Origin: TPA_inf: Saccharomyces
Taxonomy: Eukaryota
Length of the DNA stretch: 64,000 nucleotides
Assembly: GCA_000146045.2 (NCBI GenBank)
Contig: BK006943.2
Span: 384,001 to 448,000 of the forward strand
Direction of reading: 5' to 3'
Both the position numbers and the translations under genes were made by a program. The notes under the pieces were generated by a model that saw only the letters and a list, made by a program, of their open reading frames with translations, ran no database searches and had not been told where the DNA came from. Positions 52,306-61,922 of the stretch are shown piece by piece. Each line of letters begins with the position of its first letter. Within the stretch, counting starts at the first letter, position 1.

Positions 52306-52425
52306 ATATTTAGGTTCGGAAATCATAAACATTGTTTTTTTGTGTTTTTTATTTTTAAATAAAAAGAATAAATATTTTATATTAAAAAATAAATTTTAAA
52401 GTAAATTAATTATTTAACACGTGAT
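52306..52425 (-). other. CEN10: Point centromere CEN10: CDEI (ATCACGTG, reverse complement of 52418-52425), CDEII (52332-52417, 86 bp, >90% A+T), CDEIII (TGTTTATGATTTCCGAAcctaaatat, reverse complement of 52306-52331)
   Basis: The three elements are in the canonical order and spacing. The CDEIII core TGTTTATGATTTCCGAA has the invariant central CCG. It is flanked by PRE3 (YJL001W) and AVT1 (YJR001W), as expected for chromosome X. Confidence 0.9.
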
Positions 52426-52801
52426 TAAGTTACTCTAATATAATCCTATTTAATAATTAGTAGAGTTGTTGAGAACGAGTATAATATTATTTTTTTTTTA
52501 TTTTTTTGTAGGTTCTTTGGCCATCCTAAATAGAATAAGCATCCACAACAACTAAACTGGTATTTTGTTATACACAACGCGTCTTGGTTAGGCATCTGTT
52601 TTGTTTTAGCTATTGTTCATCGCGTTTTTTTTTTTCTTATCTCTTTTACCGAGGGGCGAAAATAGCGATAGATCGAGAATATAAATAAATAAAATATTGT
52701 TGTGTTGTGTAGTTCTAAAGAAAAATTTTACAGTGAAAAGGTAACACCGGGGAGTCATTACGTAGACTTACGTATTCTGTATAACTGATTCCGAGACGCA
52801 A

Positions 52802-54610
52802 ATGCCTGAGCAAGAACCATTGAGTCCCAATGGCCGTAAGCGCTCTGAGGTTCACTATATCTCAATCCCATTGAACAGAGGTTCCGCATTCTCACCAGAT
52901 GATTCTGTATCACAGTTTCAGTCTGACGGGTTCATGACACGTAGGCAATCCATATTGGACCATCCTGTGGGCTCATTTAAGGGAGTTAATTCTTTAAGTC
53001 GATTTGCGACTTCGTTGAGGAGAGCCAATTCGTTTCGTAATATCGAGCTAAATGCGGATAATGAAAGATCCTTTTTCAAAGAGAGTAACGATGAAACCTA
53101 CGATCCGGATACTTTAGCACCAGCTTTGGACGGTAGAAGATTATCAGTAACTTTAAATAATGCTGGTCGCCCGCGCATTACTAATTTGGCTAACAACGAT
53201 AGAGTTAGTACAGCCAGCATGGCTATTCACGATGATGATTATGGGTCCATCCAAAATTCAACAATTGGGGATTCTGGGTCAATATTACGCCCTACTGCCT
53301 CCTTAACAGAAATGATGAGTGGTGGAGCGGGGAGAAGGTTTACAAATAATGACATGGATTCAATTGTAGTGAAGAGAGTGGAGGGTGTAGATGGTAAGGT
53401 AGTAACTCTTCTTGCTGGTCAGTCGACCGCTCCACAGACCATATTCAACTCAATCAATGTACTGATTGGTATTGGGCTCCTGGCGTTACCTCTTGGTTTG
53501 AAATACGCCGGCTGGGTTATAGGACTTACTATGCTTGCAATCTTCGCCTTAGCGACATTTTGTACTGCTGAACTTTTGTCTAGGTGCCTAGATACAGATC
53601 CAACTTTGATATCTTACGCGGACTTGGGATATGCAGCATTTGGTACAAAAGGGCGCGCACTAATTTCTGCTCTTTTCACACTTGACCTACTGGGTAGTGG
53701 GGTGTCCTTGGTGATTCTCTTCGGAGATTCTTTAAATGCTCTATTTCCTCAATACTCCACCACTTTTTTCAAAATAGTTTCATTTTTTATCGTTACACCC
53801 CCGGTTTTTATACCATTGAGTGTTCTATCTAATATCTCGCTTCTGGGAATCCTTTCAACAACCGGAACTGTGCTAGTCATTTGCTGCTGCGGACTATACA
53901 AGTCGTCTTCTCCAGGTTCATTAGTTAATCCGATGGAAACGAGCATGTGGCCGATAGATCTAAAGCATCTCTGTTTATCTATAGGTTTATTGAGTGCCTG
54001 CTGGGGAGGACATGCGGTTTTTCCCAACTTAAAGACAGATATGAGGCATCCAGATAAATTTAAAGACTGTTTGAAAACTACCTATAAGATAACATCGGTT
54101 ACGGACATAGGTACTGCAGTTATTGGCTTTTTGATGTTTGGAAATCTTGTTAAAGATGAAATTACTAAGAACGTTTTGCTGACGGAGGGATATCCAAAAT
54201 TCGTTTATGGTCTGATTTCAGCGCTTATGACTATCATTCCTATCGCAAAGACCCCATTGAACGCAAGACCTATCGTTTCTGTATTGGACGTTCTGATGAA
54301 TGTGCAACACATAGATGAAGCGGCCAGCGCCATAAAAAGAAGAGCTGCGAAAGGCCTTCAAGTATTCAATAGGATCTTTATTAATGTTGTCTTCGTTTTG
54401 ATAGCTATTAATTTCCCTGAATTTGATAAGATTATCGCATTTCTGGGGGCCGGTTTGTGTTTTACAATTTGCCTAATTTTGCCGTGTTGGTTCTATTTAA
54501 GATTGTGCAAGACAACAATCAAACCATGGGAGAGAGTGGCTTGTCACGTAACCATATGTATTAGTGTCGTGTTGTCCACATTAGGTGTTGGTGCTGCAAT
54601 TATTTCATAA
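52802..54610 (+). CDS. AVT1: Vacuolar amino-acid transporter Avt1 (602 aa)
   Basis: Hydrophilic N-terminus followed by about 11 TM helices of the AAAP family. [25 protein letters not shown]. Confidence 0.88.
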
Positions 54611-54772
54611 TCGACGAGGGGCATACTTACTCTACTTAAAATTCATTTACATTAGCTCTGTACTTCTGATAATGAAAAACCATTGCGTAATATACATATT
54701 TTCGTGTAGAATTATTTCCATAAAATATTCACCGCCTTTTCTGTACTGGCCGCCGGCATGCGAGGGAAGCAG

Positions 54773-54795
54773 AAAATTTTCAATTTTGCGATGAG
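54773..54795. promoter_or_regulatory. RRPE (AAAATTTT, 54773-54780) and PAC (GCGATGAG, 54788-54795) motif pair upstream of MPP10
   Basis: gcagAAAATTTTcaattttGCGATGAGctc lies 70-90 bp 5' of the MPP10 ATG. This is the classic ribosome-biogenesis regulon motif pair. Confidence 0.65.
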
Positions 54796-54864
54796 CTCTT
54801 GAAGAAACAGTGTTTTGTTATGAATAAATGATGTGTGCACGAAAGACCCAAGGAAAGTCGTATA

Positions 54865-56646
54865 ATGTCAGAACTCTTTGGAGTATTGAAATCTAATGCT
54901 GGCAGAATTATTTTGAAGGACCCCTCCGCCACTTCTAAAGATGTTAAAGCATATATAGATTCAGTTATCAATACCTGTAAGAATGGGAGTATTACAAAGA
55001 AAGCAGAACTGGACGAAATCACTGTTGATGGTTTAGACGCCAATCAAGTTTGGTGGCAGGTCAAACTAGTTCTTGATAGTATTGATGGTGATCTAATTCA
55101 AGGAATTCAAGAACTCAAAGATGTTGTCACGCCTTCTCACAATCTCTCTGATGGTAGCACCCTGAACTCATCATCCGGGGAAGAAAGTGAACTAGAGGAG
55201 GCAGAAAGTGTTTTTAAAGAAAAGCAGATGCTCTCTGCTGATGTTTCTGAGATTGAGGAGCAGAGTAATGATAGTCTTTCCGAGAACGATGAAGAACCTA
55301 GTATGGATGACGAAAAAACCAGTGCAGAGGCAGCTAGAGAAGAATTTGCGGAGGAAAAAAGAATTTCTTCTGGGCAAGATGAAAGGCATTCTTCACCCGA
55401 TCCTTATGGTATCAATGATAAGTTTTTCGATCTCGAAAAGTTCAATAGGGATACTTTAGCTGCAGAAGATTCTAACGAAGCTTCTGAGGGGAGTGAGGAT
55501 GAAGATATAGATTATTTTCAAGATATGCCTTCAGATGACGAGGAGGAGGAGGCTATTTATTATGAAGACTTTTTTGACAAACCCACAAAAGAACCTGTGA
55601 AGAAGCACTCTGACGTAAAAGATCCAAAAGAAGATGAAGAATTGGATGAAGAAGAGCATGATTCTGCCATGGATAAAGTGAAATTAGACTTATTTGCGGA
55701 TGAGGAAGATGAACCGAATGCTGAGGGAGTGGGAGAAGCCAGTGACAAGAACTTATCTAGTTTCGAAAAGCAACAAATAGAGATTAGAAAACAGATAGAA
55801 CAATTGGAAAACGAAGCGGTTGCCGAGAAGAAATGGTCTTTGAAGGGTGAAGTAAAGGCAAAGGATCGTCCCGAAGATGCATTGCTCACTGAGGAACTTG
55901 AATTCGACAGAACTGCAAAGCCTGTTCCTGTTATAACAAGTGAGGTCACAGAATCATTAGAAGATATGATTAGACGAAGGATACAGGACAGTAACTTTGA
56001 CGACCTTCAAAGAAGAACCCTGTTAGACATCACACGTAAGTCTCAACGGCCTCAATTTGAATTGAGTGATGTTAAATCCTCGAAGTCGTTAGCAGAAATA
56101 TATGAGGATGACTACACACGCGCTGAAGATGAATCTGCATTAAGTGAAGAGCTTCAAAAGGCACATTCCGAAATATCAGAACTTTATGCTAACTTGGTAT
56201 ATAAATTGGATGTGCTTTCATCAGTGCACTTCGTTCCTAAGCCAGCAAGTACTTCTTTGGAAATTAGAGTTGAAACACCCACTATATCGATGGAGGATGC
56301 TCAACCTCTCTATATGTCGAATGCCTCTTCTTTGGCTCCTCAAGAGATATACAATGTCGGTAAAGCAGAAAAGGACGGAGAAATTCGCTTGAAGAATGGT
56401 GTTGCAATGTCTAAGGAAGAATTAACCAGAGAAGATAAAAACAGATTGCGCAGGGCTTTGAAAAGAAAAAGATCGAAAGCTAATTTGCCAAATGTAAACA
56501 AAAGATCTAAAAGGAATGATGTTGTTGACACTTTGTCAAAAGCCAAGAATATTACTGTTATCAATCAAAAGGGTGAAAAGAAAGATGTTTCCGGTAAAAC
56601 GAAGAAGAGCAGATCAGGGCCAGATAGCACAAATATAAAACTTTGA
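54865..56646 (+). CDS. MPP10: U3 snoRNP / SSU processome protein Mpp10 (593 aa)
   Basis: True ATG at 54865 (MSELFGVLKSNAGRIILKD). The track start at 54835 is GTG. Acidic D/E-rich middle, basic C-terminus. Confidence 0.88.
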   Translation: MSELFGVLKSNAGRIILKDPSATSKDVKAYIDSVINTCKNGSITKKAELDEITVDGLDANQVWWQVKLVLDSIDGDLIQGIQELKDVVTPSHNLSDGSTLNSSSGEESELEEAESVFKEKQMLSADVSEIEEQSNDSLSENDEEPSMDDEKTSAEAAREEFAEEKRISSGQDERHSSPDPYGINDKFFDLEKFNRDTLAAEDSNEASEGSEDEDIDYFQDMPSDDEEEEAIYYEDFFDKPTKEPVKKHSDVKDPKEDEELDEEEHDSAMDKVKLDLFADEEDEPNAEGVGEASDKNLSSFEKQQIEIRKQIEQLENEAVAEKKWSLKGEVKAKDRPEDALLTEELEFDRTAKPVPVITSEVTESLEDMIRRRIQDSNFDDLQRRTLLDITRKSQRPQFELSDVKSSKSLAEIYEDDYTRAEDESALSEELQKAHSEISELYANLVYKLDVLSSVHFVPKPASTSLEIRVETPTISMEDAQPLYMSNASSLAPQEIYNVGKAEKDGEIRLKNGVAMSKEELTREDKNRLRRALKRKRSKANLPNVNKRSKRNDVVDTLSKAKNITVINQKGEKKDVSGKTKKSRSGPDSTNIKL

Positions 56647-56993
56647 ACACGCCGAAGAAGACTTAGTTTGTATTTAGGTAAAAAATTATTTCTTCATAAC
56701 TCTGTTCACCCAGCATTTTTTATGGAATATCGACCTTGTAATGTCATTAACCCCTTAAAGGACCACTTAAAGAAAATGAAGTGCATCATGAAATATTCAT
56801 GACGAGATGCGGAACATATACACTCATAAATACCAGAAGAATGTGCTGAATAATTTTTTGTTGGTAATTGGCTGTCATTTAAAGTATCGTTGAAACAAGA
56901 GGTATTGGAAGATAGCTAATTTTAGTATTATTTATGACGTTCTTTCCTGGATAAATGTAGATGTATATACGTAATAAAATGTTAATTAGTAAG

Positions 56994-58553
56994 TTATATG
57001 CTTTCCATATAATGTTCTATCTTAGTCTGCATAACTTGTTTGCTTGTTTTTGTTTCTAACGCTTCTCCATACTGGGCTAAGAGATTTTTTATTTTTTTTG
57101 CAGCAGTCGGCCCTGATATCAGCTTTTCTCCTAGTGCGCCATCAAAGATGACCCTGGCAAAATCAGCATCATCTCTGGATAAGAATGCTAAAATGAGCGA
57201 TTCAGTTAATACGTCACTTTCAGCAAGATCTGTGTACTTATCTTTCTCTCGTTTAGCAGTAGATATATTAGAATTGTAAATTTTGAGAGATAGATCAATA
57301 TTTGCTTTCGCGTTAGCAACAATTAACACACTTTGAATTTTACTCTCTAGTTTGGAATCAAAGTCTTCTTTAATAAAAGCTTCAGCGTATTGTAGCATTT
57401 TTTCATTACTGCTTTTATAACCCTGGCAGCAGAGCGTTAAAAACGCTTCAAACATTAAGTCGTCCTCATTATTTTTGAATTTTAAGAGATATTCGTCGTA
57501 TAATTTAAAAAATAGAGAAACTTTACCTTTGAAAGCGCCAATTAATCTTAACAGCTTGTGAGCTAATTCGAAATCCTTCTTGTCTATGTTTCTTTTTTGG
57601 ATCTCTAAAAATAATTCTTCGAATGAAGTTGCAGTTTTGCGTACACTCCAATTCGGAAATTCGAGGCTCCAATTATCATGACATTGTGATTTAACAATAT
57701 CTATTTCTTCCTCCAACTTGCTAATAATTTCTTTTTCTTCTTCAGTTTGCTGAATTTTCTCGTTTTCGCCCAGAACAGTTAGACACTTGTGTAGTACTAA
57801 TGGATCAGCTACTATATTATCAAGCGAATAAAAATCATAAAGTTCACAAATTTGGTATTGTGTCATTTCACTGACATACTTATCAAAAAAGCTCAGCGGT
57901 ATTTTATATTTGAGTACAGAACCTAAAACATTGGGAATTCCGTTGTCCACTATGTAAATAAGGATAGGTTCCACGAGCTCTGAAGGCAAATTATAATTTG
58001 AAGAAAAATGGTTGATTAAATAAAGACATCTAACGAGGTCTTGATAAGTCAGACTCTTTTTTCCATCAACCTTTTCTGCCTTGTCAAACTTGATAATTTT
58101 TTCTAAGACCACTTCCATCAGTTCATCAGGAACATTTTCCATTGAGGCCTTGTATTGTGTAAAAAGTTCCCAAGAGCTTTGTACTCTTCCTGGATTATTC
58201 CTAATAATTTGTTTGATGGCGGGAAGTGAAGGTTTTAAATCAAGATCACGCAAATTATTTGAGTGAATTGTTGCAACGCCGTAGTCAAGATCACTTAAGT
58301 TTTCTATCATCATATTGTGTACCATGGCCGCATCCTTTTTAGGAACCTCTAATTTGTTTAAACTTTCGATAACATTCTGCGATAGAGAGTATGGGTCAAT
58401 GGTGGTTATATCTTCAGGCAAATGATGACGAATTGGATCGAAAGAAGGGTGACGTAGAAGCTTTTTGATTATGTTCTTTCTATTTGAATGAGATATGAGA
58501 GAGTAAAACCTCTTGTTAGATAACGTAGCCGCAGAATGAAGAGAGCGTAACAT
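56994..58553 (-). CDS. YJR003C: Mitochondrial protein YJR003C (recalled as Mrx12, 519 aa)
   Basis: The ORF is open to an ATG at 58613 (539 aa). I favour the internal ATG at 58553 (MLRSLHSAATLSNKRFYSL, an amphipathic presequence), which matches the recalled 519-aa length. The start choice is uncertain. Confidence 0.7.
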   Translation of the reverse strand: MLRSLHSAATLSNKRFYSLISHSNRKNIIKKLLRHPSFDPIRHHLPEDITTIDPYSLSQNVIESLNKLEVPKKDAAMVHNMMIENLSDLDYGVATIHSNNLRDLDLKPSLPAIKQIIRNNPGRVQSSWELFTQYKASMENVPDELMEVVLEKIIKFDKAEKVDGKKSLTYQDLVRCLYLINHFSSNYNLPSELVEPILIYIVDNGIPNVLGSVLKYKIPLSFFDKYVSEMTQYQICELYDFYSLDNIVADPLVLHKCLTVLGENEKIQQTEEEKEIISKLEEEIDIVKSQCHDNWSLEFPNWSVRKTATSFEELFLEIQKRNIDKKDFELAHKLLRLIGAFKGKVSLFFKLYDEYLLKFKNNEDDLMFEAFLTLCCQGYKSSNEKMLQYAEAFIKEDFDSKLESKIQSVLIVANAKANIDLSLKIYNSNISTAKREKDKYTDLAESDVLTESLILAFLSRDDADFARVIFDGALGEKLISGPTAAKKIKNLLAQYGEALETKTSKQVMQTKIEHYMESI

Positions 58554-58908
58554 TATTGAATGGCGGTTAGCTGTTAAGCATTTGAAAAAGTAGCTCTCAT
58601 CGAACTCTTTCATGGTGATGAAATTTTTTCATCTACTTACTTAATCAGTGGTCTACTGAAACAGCCTTCGGGTAATGAAACGAGCGGTAACGCTCACAAA
58701 TTTTTCTTTTTACGAACAAAATATAAATTTAATACTATGATAAAATCTGCGGTGAGACGGAAAAGGATAAGAACTAGAAAAGTATTATTAGAGTTAAGAT
58801 ATGAACTGTCCATTTAACTATGGTTGAAGAAAAAAAGAGCCAGGATGAAAATTATGAACAATAATTTCGTATATTTCGACTCAATGTACTAACTGTACAG
58901 TACCCGTT

Positions 58909-60861
58909 TTAGAATAGCAGGTACGACAAAAGCAGAAAAATGATCGAACCGAGCTCAGCTGAGAAAAATATAGACGCTTTACCTTCATAGGTTGAAATCA
59001 TGAGAGAAGTTGATGTGAAATTCTGTTGGATACCGGACAATTGGCTTCCTGATGCAGAAGAAGGATATGCGATCAAGGATGACACTAAAAAGGTGTCAAT
59101 TTTCGTTCCCTGAGATGAGACTGCTGTTTCACTAAAAGAATTAAGGCCAACTGAAGATGTTGTCAAAGCCGTGTGCTCAAAGTAACCCGTATTTTTCGTT
59201 TTGATATATGTATTAGATGTTGGCACAGAAGGCGTAAAACTGGTGCTTAGTAATGTTTTGCTTACGGAGAGGGACGATACGAGTGGGGAAGACGTATAAG
59301 ATGAGGGACTGGATGGCTGTTTGCTGCTGCAGAAGGAATTTAAGGAGTTTCTCGTGGCATTTACAAAAGTGGGCTCTTCAGATGGAACAGCAGCAGTATT
59401 CGTGATATTTTCAGTGTGCACATTGACAATTGAAGCATCTGAGGTTTCAAATACTGCTGATGAAGAGATTATTGGTGTGCTGTTGATTGTTGCGAAAGAA
59501 GAGGATGTAAATTGCGAGATGTAAGTATTCATAGCGCCTGTCCATCCAGTTGTTGAGGTTGGAGCGGCTACAACGGTCGAAGCTGTTTCTCTGCTAATGG
59601 TTTCCACATCACTAATCACTTCTGATGTGGTGTGAATATCTGTTCCTACTGTGATATTTGAGTCAGTAGAATAGATACTGGTTTGTGCAATTGTCAGGCT
59701 GGTAGTAGCAGTTGGAGACAGTTTTGTGCTGGTAGTCACCACATGGCTGATCACTTCTGATGTAGTTCGATTGCCTGTTTCTACTGTGGAAATGGATCCA
59801 GTGGAATACGCACTAGTGTTTATACTTGTTAAATCAGTAGTAGTGGTTGAGATAAAAGAGCTTTTGGCGCTAGCTGTACCGAGGTTCCGACCCTGATAAA
59901 CAATAAATTCCCTAGTAGTCGAGAATTGCGTAGCGTACGTAGTATTTGCTATGGTATCAAGGCATGTGTATTGAAATTCTAACGCATGATCTATTGTGTT
60001 TACATTAGCGGGTAGAGATTGTAATGCATTAACCCATAACATTTCCCCATCATATAGTTTTTCGTCAAGTGTAATCCACAGATTACTACCAAAACAAGTG
60101 ACGTCAGCATTGGTATCATTGTAACTTTGCGGGAACCACCAATCATTAAAATCATTGGATGAATAAACCTGAACTGAAGAACAATCCAAATCGACATTGT
60201 TATTGGAACTGTCGTAATCAATCTTCTCAGTACCACCCAGGAAATATCCGTTTGGACAATACATACCCAAATGATAACTTTCAAAAGAACCGTAACCAGT
60301 TGAACGCCCAGAGTGAAAAACATTCTCTGTAAAAGCAGCAGGATCGAAATTCACCACATCTGACATTTGATTACCAAGTTTAACAAGCATTGGCCCAGAT
60401 TTGAAAAACTTAGCGTTTTCTAACTCATATTCATAGCTGGAACCACCATCACTAAAATTTAGCGAAAATGTTATGGATCCATCAATCGTATTATAGGAGG
60501 ACAGGTCATTTTGAGCAGTACATGTGAAAGTAGTATTTTCATACAAGTATGCAGCCTGTTGCGAAACATAGCATTTGAAAGCCTCAGTACCATCCGCTAA
60601 GGAAATAGTAGCTGTTTGCGATGAGTTTAATAGCTTAATCCTATAAACATGTGGCATTGATAATGTGAATTCATCGCCCTCCCTAATGGAAGACGCATCT
60701 GCAATACTAAAATCAAAAGTGGCAGTCCAACCTTGATCAGGTTGTTTATTTGCAGTCAGTGGAGTAATTTCTAAATTGGAAAATGTGATATCGTTGATAT
60801 TTATAGCAGAGGCCAATGCCAAGGAAAAAAGCCACAGAATAATTTTGAGAAAAGTGAACAT
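58909..60861 (-). CDS. SAG1: Alpha-agglutinin Sag1 (650 aa), GPI-anchored cell-wall adhesin
   Basis: Signal peptide MFTFLKIILWLFSLALASA, Ig-like N-terminal domains, Ser/Thr-rich stalk, C-terminal hydrophobic GPI signal (GSIIFLLLSYLLF). Confidence 0.92.
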   Translation of the reverse strand: MFTFLKIILWLFSLALASAININDITFSNLEITPLTANKQPDQGWTATFDFSIADASSIREGDEFTLSMPHVYRIKLLNSSQTATISLADGTEAFKCYVSQQAAYLYENTTFTCTAQNDLSSYNTIDGSITFSLNFSDGGSSYEYELENAKFFKSGPMLVKLGNQMSDVVNFDPAAFTENVFHSGRSTGYGSFESYHLGMYCPNGYFLGGTEKIDYDSSNNNVDLDCSSVQVYSSNDFNDWWFPQSYNDTNADVTCFGSNLWITLDEKLYDGEMLWVNALQSLPANVNTIDHALEFQYTCLDTIANTTYATQFSTTREFIVYQGRNLGTASAKSSFISTTTTDLTSINTSAYSTGSISTVETGNRTTSEVISHVVTTSTKLSPTATTSLTIAQTSIYSTDSNITVGTDIHTTSEVISDVETISRETASTVVAAPTSTTGWTGAMNTYISQFTSSSFATINSTPIISSSAVFETSDASIVNVHTENITNTAAVPSEEPTFVNATRNSLNSFCSSKQPSSPSSYTSSPLVSSLSVSKTLLSTSFTPSVPTSNTYIKTKNTGYFEHTALTTSSVGLNSFSETAVSSQGTKIDTFLVSSLIAYPSSASGSQLSGIQQNFTSTSLMISTYEGKASIFFSAELGSIIFLLLSYLLF

Positions 60862-61922
60862 TTTGAAAACTGGCGAATTGTTGTTCCTTTTGTGCTGACT
60901 ATATTAAGCGAGGCGACTGATATAAGGAAGATATGAGAATGGACGATTACTAGAATAAATAGAGGGCATTTCGCATATTTATAGTATGCTAAAAGGAATC
61001 TTTTTTTGATTCACATGGCTTTTTTTTTAGAAGATTGCATTTCGTTACATGATCAAACAATTCCATTGTAACGTTTTTGGGAATATTTAAGCGCCGTTAC
61101 TGAAGAATGAAGTGACATAAAGCTGCCATTGTATGGTAAAACACCAAAGGCGAGTACCCTTAGCATTTCCTTATCGAGCTGGAGCGGCTTCTACCTTCCT
61201 AATTAGGTCATCAATGACCTGCAAAACAAAGCGAAATGGACAAAGGACCTACACTTGCCTCGTGGCGGGAAACTGCATGTAGTTGTTCAATGTTTCACCA
61301 CTCAGTGTTGAAACTGTTTACTCCATTGAATTGAGGTGACGATGGATAAACTTTCTTTATTTTTTATATTTTTTTATAATTTAATTAACCTAAATTGAGC
61401 CTAACAGAGGAATTTGAAACAACACAATAGAAAACATGAGTTTCAAAAGCTAAATATGGTATTACTATTCATAGTGGTCTTGGTAATGAATAATGCATAT
61501 GTATACTCTTCTTAACGCCTTATCTTATGTAACCATACACTTTTTTAGTAAGGTTTCAATTAAGCTACTATTCTCAATTAAATACTGCTCTGAGCTAGAT
61601 AAGGCCTATTGAAGTTGGAGGATTAGATGGATAGAAATAAGGAACTAAATCGTCAAGTTCGAAAGCCTATTCCCATTCATGCATATCACTTACCTTTCCT
61701 TAATCATGATCTCTTTAGTGCCATCAGAACTATTTTCTTAACATCGCGATTCTGTCTTCCGGGTATCGCTCCAAAAATGTGCGAGGAAATAGGAGATCGT
61801 TCAAATCATCAACTTTTAGTATTGGGTATCAAAGTATCGCAGCCTGGAAACAGAATTAATCTACTGCACAAGAAGGGAATACAGCAAGAACATTCACTTC
61901 ATTAATAGGACGTATTTCGCTT

